Part shown: piece after piece, positions 1-10,084 of the stretch
Numbering within the stretch: the first letter of the stretch is position 1
Layout: every line of letters begins with the position of its first letter
From: Bacteriovoracia bacterium
GTDB lineage: Bacteria > Bdellovibrionota > UBA1018 > JBFWNL01
Direction: 5' to 3'
Length of the DNA: 64,000 nt
Assembly: GCA_050251055.1 (NCBI GenBank)
Contig: JBFWNL010000007.1
Location: 32,001 to 96,000, forward strand
Program-made: the position numbers and the translations under genes
Notes under the pieces: model-generated
The model's input: only the letters and a program-made list of their open reading frames with translations
Database searches by the model: none
Told to the model about the DNA's origin: nothing

Positions 1-198
1 AATAATATGAATTTTTTTTAATAATATTTAATTAAAGAATTCAATTAGTTGTGCCGTTTTTCGACCGCGTGTCCCATTTGGCGCATTTTCACCCCCTTCC
101 ACAGCCGCTAACATGAGGGGTGATCTCCAGGGAATCTAGACTGTACTGCTGCTCGTGTGTGCGTGTGGAAGTGAAACCCGCGTAGATCGCGGTCCCCC

Positions 199-1410
199 GT
201 GATGAATTTGAAGTGGCTTATGGCAGGCACAAAACCTCAAGGCAACTGGCTGCTTTCCTCTTTCGCTTTACTGAGCGTAGCGGCGCCTTCGGCGCTCGCC
301 GACGTGCAGACGCAGGCGCAGATGCTTTTCCAGCGTTTGGCAGGTCATCCCATCGCGCTTTCCGATCCGAAGCTCGCGGAGATGATGAACTACATCCGTC
401 AGGGTCAGCGCGCGGTGGCGGCCTCGTTCGCGACGAACACCCCGGGCTTCTACAATAATACGGTGCTGACGTTCGCGACGCGCATGCTCGATCCCAGCGA
501 GGACCTGTCCACGCAGTTCACCGACGCGCGGGCGATGGTCGTCGGCGTGGCACGTGATGATCTGGATGCCCGCATTCTGCTTACCGGCAATTTCAACTAT
601 CGCGCCCGTCCTGACATCAACGCCGTGCTGAACCTCACGGGCGGCAATATGATTCCCGAATGGGCGCCGGATGCGAATGACCACTACGTGATGATCGAGC
701 AAAACCAGGTCAGTCTCTACGACCATTTAGTGCGGGTGGATGAGCAGCGCCCCGGCGATGCGGACTTTTCCGACACGGCCGGTCTTCTGACATCGCGTGA
801 ATGGGGTGCTTCCTATATTTCCGCGGGCACCAACCGCCGCGGCGTGGACTTCGCGTTCCAGAAGTTCTTCTGCACCCAGCTCAATCAGATCCGAAATCCT
901 TCGGTGCCTGACTTCCGTATTCGTCGCGACGTATCGCGGGCGCCCGCGGGCGAACCGGCTACCTTCGTGAATACCTGCAAGGGCTGCCACGGCCAGGTCG
1001 ACGCATTGGCCGGCGCGTTCGCTTATTTTGAATTCAGCCAAGGCAAGCTCGTGCGCGTGCCCGGCGACGTCCAGTCGAAGATGAACAAAAACGGCGGTAT
1101 TTTTGAGGATGGATATTTCACCACGGACGATTCGTTCATGAACTACTTCAGCAGCCAGGCCGATTTCGGCTGGCGCGGTAGCCAAGAAGGCAACGGCGTC
1201 CATGACTTGGGCCAGATCGTGGCCAACGCCAAGGGCTTCTCGCAATGCATGGCCAAGCGCGCTTTTCGCGAAGTTTGCCAGCGTCCGTCGGAGGCCTCGG
1301 ACGAATCGAAAATCCGTCAGCTCGCGGATAGCTTCGAAGCGCATGGCTATAGCCTGCGCCGCCTTTTCGAGGAAACCGCAGTGCTACCTAACTGTTTGTT
1401 CACGGAGTAA
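199..1410 (+). CDS. Secreted c-type heme protein, DUF1585/PSD-like
   Basis: Signal peptide ending SALA|D, one CxxCH (CKGCH), and a C-terminal FSQCMAKRAFREVCQR...YSLRRLFEE segment resembling DUF1585 tails. Confidence 0.6.
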   Translation: MMNLKWLMAGTKPQGNWLLSSFALLSVAAPSALADVQTQAQMLFQRLAGHPIALSDPKLAEMMNYIRQGQRAVAASFATNTPGFYNNTVLTFATRMLDPSEDLSTQFTDARAMVVGVARDDLDARILLTGNFNYRARPDINAVLNLTGGNMIPEWAPDANDHYVMIEQNQVSLYDHLVRVDEQRPGDADFSDTAGLLTSREWGASYISAGTNRRGVDFAFQKFFCTQLNQIRNPSVPDFRIRRDVSRAPAGEPATFVNTCKGCHGQVDALAGAFAYFEFSQGKLVRVPGDVQSKMNKNGGIFEDGYFTTDDSFMNYFSSQADFGWRGSQEGNGVHDLGQIVANAKGFSQCMAKRAFREVCQRPSEASDESKIRQLADSFEAHGYSLRRLFEETAVLPNCLFTE

Positions 1411-1413
1411 TGT

Positions 1414-2004
1414 ATGAAGTACGACATCAATCTCATGGCGATGAGCTTCTGCTTTCTGGCGGGTTGTTCGCTCGGGGTGGATAAGCAGCTCCAGCAGCAC
1501 CCGGAACAAGGCACGGGCACGATTGGGCTTAAGAACGTGCGCCAGATGGCGGCGTCTTACTACGCGGTCACTGGCGTGAGCCGCACCAATGGCAATGTCC
1601 GCAATGCCTACAACACGGTAGCCGGCCTATTTCTTACCGATAACGACGTTCGTAAAGTCAGCGGACCGACTTTAATCGCGGCTACCGCATTGGCTGGCGC
1701 GTTCTGTGATCAGTTTTTGGTCGATGAGCAGGGTCGCACGGTCGGCAACCGCATGGCTCATAATTCGGTGAACTTCAGCGCGGGCTACGCTTCGCTTTCG
1801 GAGGCGACGCGCGCCGAGGTGATCACGCGGTACGCGGAGCTTTTTTGGCAACGCCAGCCGCTGGCCGAGGAGTTATCCATGCTTACCGGCACGTTGAGCT
1901 CGCTCTACGAAGGAATTTCCTCCACCAGCGGCACGGAGATGCGCCGAGGACTGCTCGGCGTGTGCGCCATGATGCTGAGTTCGTTTGAATCCATTAAGAA
2001 CTAA
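1414..2004 (+). CDS. Uncharacterised lipoprotein of the cytochrome/Tat operon
   Basis: Lipobox FLAG|C; starts 3 nt after the upstream stop; helical LFWQRQP..EE motif. Confidence 0.65.
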   Translation: MKYDINLMAMSFCFLAGCSLGVDKQLQQHPEQGTGTIGLKNVRQMAASYYAVTGVSRTNGNVRNAYNTVAGLFLTDNDVRKVSGPTLIAATALAGAFCDQFLVDEQGRTVGNRMAHNSVNFSAGYASLSEATRAEVITRYAELFWQRQPLAEELSMLTGTLSSLYEGISSTSGTEMRRGLLGVCAMMLSSFESIKN

Positions 2005-2014
2005 CGGAGTCCTT

Positions 2015-3439
2015 ATGATTAAGTATAAAGAAAATCACGCTAAGCCGGTCACCCGCCGCGACTTTTTGAGCCAAGGCTTCGTGCAGTTCGCGGCCATGAC
2101 GATGGCCCCGACCGTGCTGGGAACGCTGTTGCAGGAAGGGTTGGCCATAGCCGCCGATTGTCCGGTGCCGATGAACGGCATGCCGGCGTTTCTTTGCTTC
2201 GATTGCTCGGGCGGCGCTGGGCTCTCGGCTAATTGGGTGGTAGGAAACACGGGTGGCTCCCAGGATTTAATCAATTCTTACGGTCAGATGGGGGTCACGG
2301 ATGCGGTCAGGACCGCGCGAAATTTAGACACGACTTTCGGCGTGCCGTTCTGGGGCGACGTGAGCCAAACGCTCGTGGGGCTCAAGGGAGTGATGGATCC
2401 GGCCACGCAGGCGAAGACCCAGATGGGCGCGCTTTGCCACGTTGCGCTCTCCGACACGGACCAGAACGAACTCAACGCCTGCCAGCTGATCTCTAAGGCC
2501 GGCAACCTGGGGTCGCTCATCAAGACGGGCGTGGGTACGCGAAACACCAATTCGGGCGGAACTTCCAATACCGTACAGCGCTTTTACGACGCCAAGCTCA
2601 AGCCCTTGCCGGTTTCGAGCTACCTGAGCATCGAGGCGGCCGTCAGCCCGGGCGGATCGCTCAATCAGCTCACCACCGGCCAGAAACAGAAGCTGTTAAC
2701 CGCAATCAAAAATCTTTCCATGACCCAGCTCGAGCGGTTCAGCCGGATGAAAAACGGCGCGCAGCTCAAGGAGCTCGCCGAATGCGGCTATCTCAAAAAC
2801 ACCGAGTACTCGACGGTGCCGGCGGGGATTGACCCCCGCCAGAATGCCGACTGCCAAGCGGTTTACGGGATTACGCCGGCGACTTCGCCGTTTGACCAGC
2901 GAGTGGTCTTCGCTTCGATCGTTTACAACTCTTTGATGGGAAATCTCGGGCCTTCGACGCTCACCATCGGCGGCTGCGATTATCATGACAACACGCAGAC
3001 GACCGGCGACGCCAAGGATCTCGAGATTGGACAGCACGTGGGAAGGGCTTGCGAGCTCGCCCGGCGCTTGGGTAAGCGCCTGATTTTCACCGTCATCAGC
3101 GACGGATCGGTGAGTTCGACGGATCAGACCCGTAACTGGATCACCGATTCGAACTCCAAGAGCATGAGCGTGGTCGGCGTGTTCGATCCCGCCGGGCGTC
3201 CGGAGATGAAGTCGCCGGGCGGTGTGCTCATGAGCCAGGTCGGCCGCTATACCAACGGCCAGGGCGCTGACGAGTCCACGCTTATCGGTAACTCGGGCGC
3301 GCGCGTATGCTCGGCAATCTTGGCCAACTACCTGGCCGCGGCCGGTCAGCTGGGGGTCTTTTCGCAAATCATCCCGGCGGACGTGGTAGCGACCAATCAG
3401 ATCGACGGCATCACTATGTTCACGGGGAACTTCATCTAA
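2015..3439 (+). CDS. Tat-exported DUF1501-like protein
   Basis: ATG 2015 with GGAG RBS at 2006-2009; twin-arginine TRRDFL; FDCSGGAG and GGCDYHD motifs like DUF1501-type proteins. Confidence 0.65.
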   Translation: MIKYKENHAKPVTRRDFLSQGFVQFAAMTMAPTVLGTLLQEGLAIAADCPVPMNGMPAFLCFDCSGGAGLSANWVVGNTGGSQDLINSYGQMGVTDAVRTARNLDTTFGVPFWGDVSQTLVGLKGVMDPATQAKTQMGALCHVALSDTDQNELNACQLISKAGNLGSLIKTGVGTRNTNSGGTSNTVQRFYDAKLKPLPVSSYLSIEAAVSPGGSLNQLTTGQKQKLLTAIKNLSMTQLERFSRMKNGAQLKELAECGYLKNTEYSTVPAGIDPRQNADCQAVYGITPATSPFDQRVVFASIVYNSLMGNLGPSTLTIGGCDYHDNTQTTGDAKDLEIGQHVGRACELARRLGKRLIFTVISDGSVSSTDQTRNWITDSNSKSMSVVGVFDPAGRPEMKSPGGVLMSQVGRYTNGQGADESTLIGNSGARVCSAILANYLAAAGQLGVFSQIIPADVVATNQIDGITMFTGNFI

Positions 3440-4521
3440 TGAAACATTCGCGATTCGCGCTGGTGGCCGCCTTGGCTGCTGGCCTCTTCGGTTGCATGAA
3501 GAAGAAAGACGGCGCGTTCGCCTTGGAGAATTCCTCCCAGGCGCTCGCCATCGAGGCGTTTCACGCGAGTGTCTACCAGCTCGCGCGCCGTGATTGTGTC
3601 GGTTGCCATGGCATCAATCAAGCCCCGCTCTTTGTCACCAATAACGTGGCGGCGTCGTATCAGGCGGCCAAAAATTACACGAGTTTTGCCGCGATTCCCT
3701 CCTCGCGCCTGGTCGCGAAGGCGAAAGACGGGCATTGCGGACCGGCGTGCTCCACCGATGGCTCCGAGATGACGGCCAATATCCAGGCTTGGTGGGACAA
3801 CGGCGAAGGCCGGGTTAGCCAGGCGCCCACGGTGGGCCTGTACGAGACGAGCCAGCTGCCAATTCCCGCGAACCTGCCCACCGCTAGCTTTGTGAAGATG
3901 GAGTGGGCGCTCGATAACCTTCACCCCTATTTTGCGGGTATGCGCTTTGAGATTGAGATTAAGCGTTTTAGCGCGGGAGGCCCCGGTTCGGGCTCCTATC
4001 AGATTCGCAAACCCCGTTTAGCGACCCGTGATGTCGCCATTCACATCGCGGATGTGAAGCTTTTGCTCAATGGGCAATACGAACCGGTCTACAGTACTTA
4101 CACGACGATCGATCGTACGGTGAACCCGGCGCCGATCGTTCAGCCGTATAAGCATCCGGTGCTCTCTTCGAGCAACCTCATCATGATCCAAGACGCCGAC
4201 GAAGATTATCTTTCGATTGCCTTCGGGACCCTGGAGATCATGCCTAATGTGAGCTGTGTGAATCTGGCTGGGTTCGTGGCAAGCGTCAAGCCCGTCATGC
4301 AAGCGAACTGCTTCGGCTGCCACAATGCCGCTCATCGTTTCCCCATGAACGGCCAGACGGACGCCGCACTTTGCGCGAATTCAATGCAGCGGATCAATCC
4401 GGATGTGCCGATGGTTTCGCCGCTCGTGCAGTACCCGGTGAACGGGACGAACGACCATAGCGCCAATTTCAACGAGGCGCTTTTTCAGCCCTGGGTGGGC
4501 TGGATGCAATCCGAAGATTAA
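3439..4521 (+). CDS. Diheme c-type cytochrome lipoprotein
   Basis: ATG overlaps upstream TAA (TAATG); lipobox LFG|C; two CxxCH motifs (CVGCH, CFGCH). Confidence 0.7.
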   Translation: MKHSRFALVAALAAGLFGCMKKKDGAFALENSSQALAIEAFHASVYQLARRDCVGCHGINQAPLFVTNNVAASYQAAKNYTSFAAIPSSRLVAKAKDGHCGPACSTDGSEMTANIQAWWDNGEGRVSQAPTVGLYETSQLPIPANLPTASFVKMEWALDNLHPYFAGMRFEIEIKRFSAGGPGSGSYQIRKPRLATRDVAIHIADVKLLLNGQYEPVYSTYTTIDRTVNPAPIVQPYKHPVLSSSNLIMIQDADEDYLSIAFGTLEIMPNVSCVNLAGFVASVKPVMQANCFGCHNAAHRFPMNGQTDAALCANSMQRINPDVPMVSPLVQYPVNGTNDHSANFNEALFQPWVGWMQSED

Positions 4522-5597
4522 CGGGGTTCCGGAACGGGCTTCGTGTGGATCGGTGGGCGGCCCGGCGGATGCCGGGTCGGCGCTCTCGTGAGCGCGATCT
4601 TTCGCGCTTGGGGATTGAGTTCGGTCAGCACGCCATAGTTGGCCACGTCGTCGTCGCCGGCGGGGAGGCCCGTGTTAAAGAGGGCCGACACCGGGCGATG
4701 GGCGGAAATCTCCCGCGCGGCCGGGTCGGCGTCCACGCTACCTGAAAACTGCCGGTAATCGGGATCGTTCTCGTCGAACGCCTCGATCTTGGCGCCGCCG
4801 GCGTATTCGGTCGTGTAACCGGGATGGATCCAAATGTTGTCGCTCAACCCTCGCCCACGCACATCCGACTGATGGCGGTCGCTCGAGAAGAGCGGACGAT
4901 AGTCAAATGCGTGGAGCGTCCAGCCATCGTGCTGGGGGTCGGCGCCGAAATCACCTAAAAGGACGATGTCTTTCTCGTCCTGGCTCGCCTCGCGGACCGT
5001 GAAGTAAAGGTCGTTCAACATCTCTAATTGCCGCGCCCGTAGGATGTCTTGGGTACGGCTCCGGCCGTAACGGGGAAGATGGATGTTGACGAGGACGAAA
5101 TCGAATTCACCGGCGCGGAACGCCGCTACGAAAGGGGAATGCGCGAGTTTGTCCTGCGGATCGTCGATCGTAATGCCCGCGGGGCTGAGCGCCCGTACTT
5201 TCGTGGCGTTCCAGATAAACGCCAGATGCTCGTCGGGGCCGAGTCGGCGCGTGCGCTCCGAGATGAAGCTTAACCAATCGTAGCCGGTCCGCTCCTTCAG
5301 CGAATCCTGTAGGCGGGTGACGGCCGCGGGATCCCGAATTTCCTGGAGCGCCACCACGTCGAATTCGCTTTCCCAAATAATACGGGTAACTTTGTCGACG
5401 GCTCGGGAAGACCGTAGGTGGCTGAACTCGCTCAGATTCCAGCTCGCGACGCGAATGGAAGCCGCCGAAGCTGGACCTTGCGGCTGGGGGCCCGCCTGGG
5501 GGGCGATCCCGCCTGGCGCCTCACCCGTGCAGCCGGTGACGCCAAGACCTAAGGCGAGGAGTCCGACGAGGAGCTGGATTTTGGAAGCGTGCTTCAT
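4518..5597 (-). CDS. Endonuclease/exonuclease/phosphatase (DNase I-like) lipoprotein
   Basis: Lipobox VTG|C; SWNL, VALQEI, LVNIHL, LLGDF, DNIW and SAHRPV motifs. Confidence 0.8.
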   Translation of the reverse strand: MKHASKIQLLVGLLALGLGVTGCTGEAPGGIAPQAGPQPQGPASAASIRVASWNLSEFSHLRSSRAVDKVTRIIWESEFDVVALQEIRDPAAVTRLQDSLKERTGYDWLSFISERTRRLGPDEHLAFIWNATKVRALSPAGITIDDPQDKLAHSPFVAAFRAGEFDFVLVNIHLPRYGRSRTQDILRARQLEMLNDLYFTVREASQDEKDIVLLGDFGADPQHDGWTLHAFDYRPLFSSDRHQSDVRGRGLSDNIWIHPGYTTEYAGGAKIEAFDENDPDYRQFSGSVDADPAAREISAHRPVSALFNTGLPAGDDDVANYGVLTELNPQARKIALTRAPTRHPPGRPPIHTKPVPEPR

Positions 5598-5648
5598 CGC
5601 CCCTCGATTTAGCAGGCCTGACGCTATACGTCAAACTTTCGGCTGGAA

Positions 5649-6356
5649 CTAGAAATAGAGCCGCGTGCCTAGGGTAAAACCCGAACGGCCGACGTCCATG
5701 CTGTTCAAGGTATACGGGCCGCTGAAGTACTGGCCGTAGACGCGCAGGAAGCTGAAGTCGATGAAGGCGCCGCCTTCATACAGGTTTCCGTACAGCGTCG
5801 AGCCCGTCGGCGAAGGAACGTTCGTATAGTAGTGGCGAAAGTTTCCTTCGAGCCCGAAGAAGCGGCTGAGGTAAATCGTAATGCTCAGGCCTAGAAGGGC
5901 GCCCCGCAGCTGCTCGGCGGATCGGTTTCGCATTCCCAGCTGCAGGGTCATGTTCGTGCCCTGGTTGTGGAAGCCAAAGAAGCGCAGATTGAAGATGCCG
6001 TGCCATTCGTTGGGTTTGACCTCGGCCTGGAGACCAAAGATCGACGCATAAGCCGCGAACATGCCGCGGAACCCGCCAAAGCTTCCGCCGGGGGTTTCCG
6101 AACCCGCTTGGTAATCGACTCCCAAGAAAAATTCGTAGGGGCTGGGACTATGGATGGCGAGCCAAAGGTCCATGAGTCGCATCCGATCGCGCGTCTCGAG
6201 CCATTCGGCGAGCGACCATCGCGTGGCTTTCTTTTCTTCCTGTTTCTTGACAATGAACGTGAATACTTCATCGGCGTGGGCATGGCCCGAGCCGAGTGGC
6301 CCCACGTTCCCGCTAAAAAAAGTCAGAATCAAAAGCCACGCGAAGGCGCGTTTCAT
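5649..6356 (-). CDS. Outer-membrane beta-barrel protein, unknown function
   Basis: Signal peptide ending AHA|D; alternating aromatic strands; C-terminal Phe (TRLYF). Confidence 0.6.
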   Translation of the reverse strand: MKRAFAWLLILTFFSGNVGPLGSGHAHADEVFTFIVKKQEEKKATRWSLAEWLETRDRMRLMDLWLAIHSPSPYEFFLGVDYQAGSETPGGSFGGFRGMFAAYASIFGLQAEVKPNEWHGIFNLRFFGFHNQGTNMTLQLGMRNRSAEQLRGALLGLSITIYLSRFFGLEGNFRHYYTNVPSPTGSTLYGNLYEGGAFIDFSFLRVYGQYFSGPYTLNSMDVGRSGFTLGTRLYF

Positions 6357-6376
6357 TTATACGGTCTTTATCCTGA

Positions 6377-7486
6377 TTACTTCGTCGAGCCCAACTCGAT
6401 CGCGTAAGCCACGCCCAGCTCGGCGAACTTCGCGCCGAACGTGGGATCGAGGATGCCCAGCAAATCGTTCTTGGAGTGGATCTTCGAGTTCGAGTCGTCG
6501 AACAACGCTTCGAACGGAAACACGGACGCGTAGCCCGCGCGGTTCCAGCTAGCGTGATCGCTGCAGCCGTATCCGCACTTGTCTTCCTTCCATTCGATCT
6601 TCACGTATTCGTCAACCAAGGCTTCGGTGAATTTGGTGAGCTCGGGATTCACGTAGTCCACGATGAAAACCAGCGTCTTGCCGGAGCCCGGGAACATCGT
6701 CATATCGAACTGCAGGGCGCCGACCACCTTTTTGCCGGCTTTTTGGTAGGATTTCGCGATGTCTTGGCTGCCAAACAGGCCGACTTCCTCGGCCGCGTAG
6801 GTCATGAATTGGATCGTGCGTTTGGGCTTGTAGCCTGTCTTCATTAACACGCGGAAGACTTCCATCACGGTGGCCACGCCGGAAGCGTCGTCGTCGGCGC
6901 CGGGAGCCGACGGGTTGGACATGTTGATCGAGTCTTCGTGCGCGCCCAGAACCACGAGTTCGTCGGCTTGGTCCGTGCCGGGGATTTCCGCGATGACCGA
7001 AGGTTGTTTCCACTTATGTTCGAAGAACGAGACCTTCACGTCTTTGCGGCCAGCTTCGGCCGCCAAGCGGGTGAATTCGCCGTGAATCCATTCGGCGGCC
7101 TGCTTTCCGGTGTCGGTGGTGTAAAGGCGGGTGGGGTAGCTGCTGAGCTTCGTCACCGTTTTGGTCATCTCGTCGGACGACACGAGCGGGAGCGCGGCCT
7201 TCACCGTCTCCTGCTGGCTAGGGGCCCGATAGCTAAAGAAATCGAGCGGCATCAAATTGAGCGGCTGGACGTCTTGGAAGTCGGTGATGTCGACGAAGCC
7301 TGGGCACGCGCCGCCGCGTTTGTGCATGTTCAGTGTCAGCTCACGGATCTGGGCCTCGTCCATCCAGGACGATGTCTCCGGACTGGTTTGGATCAGTCGT
7401 TTGCCGCTGGGTGCTGGTAGGGCGCCTTGGGCGCTAAATCCGAAAGTCAGCGCGCAGACGAGCGCCGTGGAAATTCTCTTATTCAT
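6377..7486 (-). CDS. Secreted M28 leucyl aminopeptidase
   Basis: GAHEDS, GADDDASG, AAEEVG, QFDM and CGYGCSDH zinc-site motifs; signal peptide plus propeptide. Confidence 0.9.
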   Translation of the reverse strand: MNKRISTALVCALTFGFSAQGALPAPSGKRLIQTSPETSSWMDEAQIRELTLNMHKRGGACPGFVDITDFQDVQPLNLMPLDFFSYRAPSQQETVKAALPLVSSDEMTKTVTKLSSYPTRLYTTDTGKQAAEWIHGEFTRLAAEAGRKDVKVSFFEHKWKQPSVIAEIPGTDQADELVVLGAHEDSINMSNPSAPGADDDASGVATVMEVFRVLMKTGYKPKRTIQFMTYAAEEVGLFGSQDIAKSYQKAGKKVVGALQFDMTMFPGSGKTLVFIVDYVNPELTKFTEALVDEYVKIEWKEDKCGYGCSDHASWNRAGYASVFPFEALFDDSNSKIHSKNDLLGILDPTFGAKFAELGVAYAIELGSTK

Positions 7487-7550
7487 CTATCCCCCCGTTC
7501 AGGAACTCCGTTTCCTAAAAACCAGACGAGTGTATCGAAAGAAGCTTCGA

Positions 7551-7592
7551 TTGACAATCCATTGGTAAATATATAAACACACGTTTATATAT
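7551..7592 (+). promoter_or_regulatory. Sigma70 -35 and ArsR/SmtB-type operator
   Basis: TTGACA at 7551-7556; perfect inverted repeat ATATATAAAC-ACAC-GTTTATATAT at 7569-7592 overlapping the regulator ATG. Confidence 0.8.
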
Positions 7593-7980
7593 GAAATCTT
7601 ATCTGGATGTTAAAGATGCCAGGGAGTCCAAGGATCTCCGGGACTATTCGGGGCCGGCGGCGCTCGTACGCAAGCAGCTCGCCAATGGCCAGCGCTCGAA
7701 AAAGCTCTTCTTCCATCTGGCCGAGACATTTAATGCCTTGGGGGATTCCTCGCGTATCCAGATCGTCTGGGCGCTTTCCCATGGCGAGCTTTGCGTTGGG
7801 GATGTCGCGGAGCTTTTGGGTATGAGTCAGCCTGCAGTGAGTCATCATTTGCGAACGCTACGCAATCTGCGTCTGGTGCGGGTCCGACGGGAGGGGCGTA
7901 CCTCGTTTTATTGCCTGGACGATTTGCACATCAACCACCTGCTGAAAGAAGGGATCGAGCACGTGGAGGACTTTCTATGA
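7591..7980 (+). CDS. ArsR/SmtB/CadC metalloregulator
   Basis: FNALGDSSRIQI, ELCVGD, SQPAVSHHLRTL HTH; DLH..H....EH C-terminal metal site. Confidence 0.9.
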   Translation: MKSYLDVKDARESKDLRDYSGPAALVRKQLANGQRSKKLFFHLAETFNALGDSSRIQIVWALSHGELCVGDVAELLGMSQPAVSHHLRTLRNLRLVRVRREGRTSFYCLDDLHINHLLKEGIEHVEDFL

Positions 7981-8216
7981 AGTTAAGCGAACTAGCCTTA
8001 GGTCAACGGGGCCGGGTGATTTCGGTGCGCTCGGAGAGCCCGGTGGTCCAGCGCCTCTTGGAGCTTGGGTTCGTCGCGGGCGCGGAGGTCGAAGTGGCCC
8101 GGCAGGCCCCTTACTTCGGAGATCCAATCGCGGTGCGGGTGCGTGGCGCCCTGATCGCGCTTCGGCGGAGCGAGGCGGAGGCGGTGGAAGTAGGGGAAGT
8201 GCAGGTGCAATCATGA
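7977..8216 (+). CDS. feoA: Ferrous iron transport protein A
   Basis: ATGA overlap at 7977; RLLELGF, APYFGDPI and ALRRSEA motifs. Confidence 0.9.
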   Translation: MKLSELALGQRGRVISVRSESPVVQRLLELGFVAGAEVEVARQAPYFGDPIAVRVRGALIALRRSEAEAVEVGEVQVQS

Positions 8217-10084
8217 GCACGACCACCCTGCACTTGGCCGCTCTCGCCGGCAGCCCGAATTGTGGCAAGACGGCGCTTTTCAACGCGCTCACTGGTAGCC
8301 GCCAGAAAGTGGCCAACTACCCGGGCGTGACGGTGGAGCGCAAAGAGGGGGTGGCGAAGTCCACCGACGGTCGGTCTTTTCGTCTACTCGATTTACCCGG
8401 AGCCTATAGCCTCACTCCCAATACGCCGGACGAAGCGGTGACTCGCGACGTGCTCTTCGGAAAGCTCGCGGGTGAAGCCGCGCCCGAGGTGTTGGTCGCG
8501 GTGGCCGACGCCACGAACCTCGAGCGGCATTTGAGCTTCGTTTTGGAGTTGCGTGCGCTTAAGCAGCCCGTGGTGCTGGCGCTGAACATGATCGATTTGG
8601 CCAAGAAACGCGGTTTAGAGCTGGATCTTCCGGCGCTTTCGCGCGAATTGGGCGTGCCGGTGGTCCCCACGGCCGCGGTGAGGGGCGAAGGGGTGGCGGA
8701 CTTGATGGCCACCGTCGAAAAACTTTTTCGGGAAAAAAACCACGGAAACGAGCGGCCCGCGGAAGGGTTGCGCACTTTCCCTCAGCCCACGGAGCGATTC
8801 GCCGAAATCGACCGTATTTTGAAGGTGGTCGTGAAGCGCGCGGCGCGCCCCGAGCGGTTCACCGATCGCGTGGATCGCGTGGTGCTGCATCCGGTCTGGG
8901 GGCTGTTGGTGCTCCTGGTGACGCTGACCGTGATCTTCCAGGCCGTTTTCACGTGGGCTTCCGCTCCGGCGGACGCGATCGAAGGCGCGTTCGGTGCTTT
9001 GGGCAAGTTCGTCACTGATCACCTGGCCGAAGGCACTTTGCGAAGCCTCATCGTCGATGGCGTGATCGCGGGCGTGGGCGGCGTGCTGGTCTTTTTACCG
9101 CAAATCTTGCTGCTCTTCTTGTTTATCTTGTTTTTAGAAGACTTTGGATACATGGCTCGCGTGGCCTTCCTGCTCGACAAGCTCATGGGCGGGGTGGGGT
9201 TGCACGGCCGTGCGTTTATCCCGTTGCTCTCGTCGCACGCCTGCGCGATCCCGGGCATTATGGCGACGCGGACCATCGAGAATCGCCGCGATCGACTGGT
9301 GACCATCCTGATCGCTCCGCTCACGGCGTGCTCCGCGCGGTTGCCCGTCTACACGCTCTTGATCGGCGCGTTCATTCCCAATACCGAAGTCTTCGGGCCT
9401 TTCCGACTGCAGGGGCTCGTGATGCTCGGGCTATACTTCGCCGGCATCCTCGCCGCGCTCGCGGTGGCGACGCTTATGAAACGCACGGTATTGCAGGGTC
9501 CGAAGCCGCCGTTTTTGTTGGAAATGCCCATGTATAAGCTGCCGAGCCTGAAGAGCTTGGCGATTGGCCTATGGGAGCGCGCCCGTATTTTCGTAAAGCG
9601 CGCGGGCACGGTCATTCTTTCGCTCACCGTGATTTTGTGGTTCTTGGCGAGTTTCCCCAAGGCGCCGGAAGGAGCGACGGAGCCTGCGATTTACTATAGC
9701 TGGGCCGGACAAATCGGGCGCGCCGTGGAGCCGGTCTTCCAGCCCATTGGCTTTGACTGGCGGGTGAGCGTCGCGTTGATTCCTGGCTTCGCCGCCCGCG
9801 AGGTGATGGTGGGCGCGCTCGGTACGGTCTACGCGATTGAAGGCGAAGGGGAGGCAGCCGAAGCCGCCCTCGGTGCGCGACTGGCCACCTCCTGGTCGCT
9901 CGCGACCGCGCTCAGCTTGCTCGTGTGGTACATTTTCGCACCCCAATGTCTTTCGACGCTCGCGGTGACGAGACGGGAAACGAACTCTTGGCGCTGGCCG
10001 GTGTTCATGCTGGTTTACTTGACGGCGCTCGCCTACTTGGGCTCGTTCATCACGTACCGGTTGGCCTTGATGGTGTTCTCGTGA
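8213..10084 (+). CDS. feoB: Ferrous iron transporter B
   Basis: GSPNCGKT, NYPGVTVE, DLPG and NMID GTPase motifs; polytopic domain with EDFGYMAR and CSARLP. Confidence 0.95.
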   Translation: MSTTTLHLAALAGSPNCGKTALFNALTGSRQKVANYPGVTVERKEGVAKSTDGRSFRLLDLPGAYSLTPNTPDEAVTRDVLFGKLAGEAAPEVLVAVADATNLERHLSFVLELRALKQPVVLALNMIDLAKKRGLELDLPALSRELGVPVVPTAAVRGEGVADLMATVEKLFREKNHGNERPAEGLRTFPQPTERFAEIDRILKVVVKRAARPERFTDRVDRVVLHPVWGLLVLLVTLTVIFQAVFTWASAPADAIEGAFGALGKFVTDHLAEGTLRSLIVDGVIAGVGGVLVFLPQILLLFLFILFLEDFGYMARVAFLLDKLMGGVGLHGRAFIPLLSSHACAIPGIMATRTIENRRDRLVTILIAPLTACSARLPVYTLLIGAFIPNTEVFGPFRLQGLVMLGLYFAGILAALAVATLMKRTVLQGPKPPFLLEMPMYKLPSLKSLAIGLWERARIFVKRAGTVILSLTVILWFLASFPKAPEGATEPAIYYSWAGQIGRAVEPVFQPIGFDWRVSVALIPGFAAREVMVGALGTVYAIEGEGEAAEAALGARLATSWSLATALSLLVWYIFAPQCLSTLAVTRRETNSWRWPVFMLVYLTALAYLGSFITYRLALMVFS

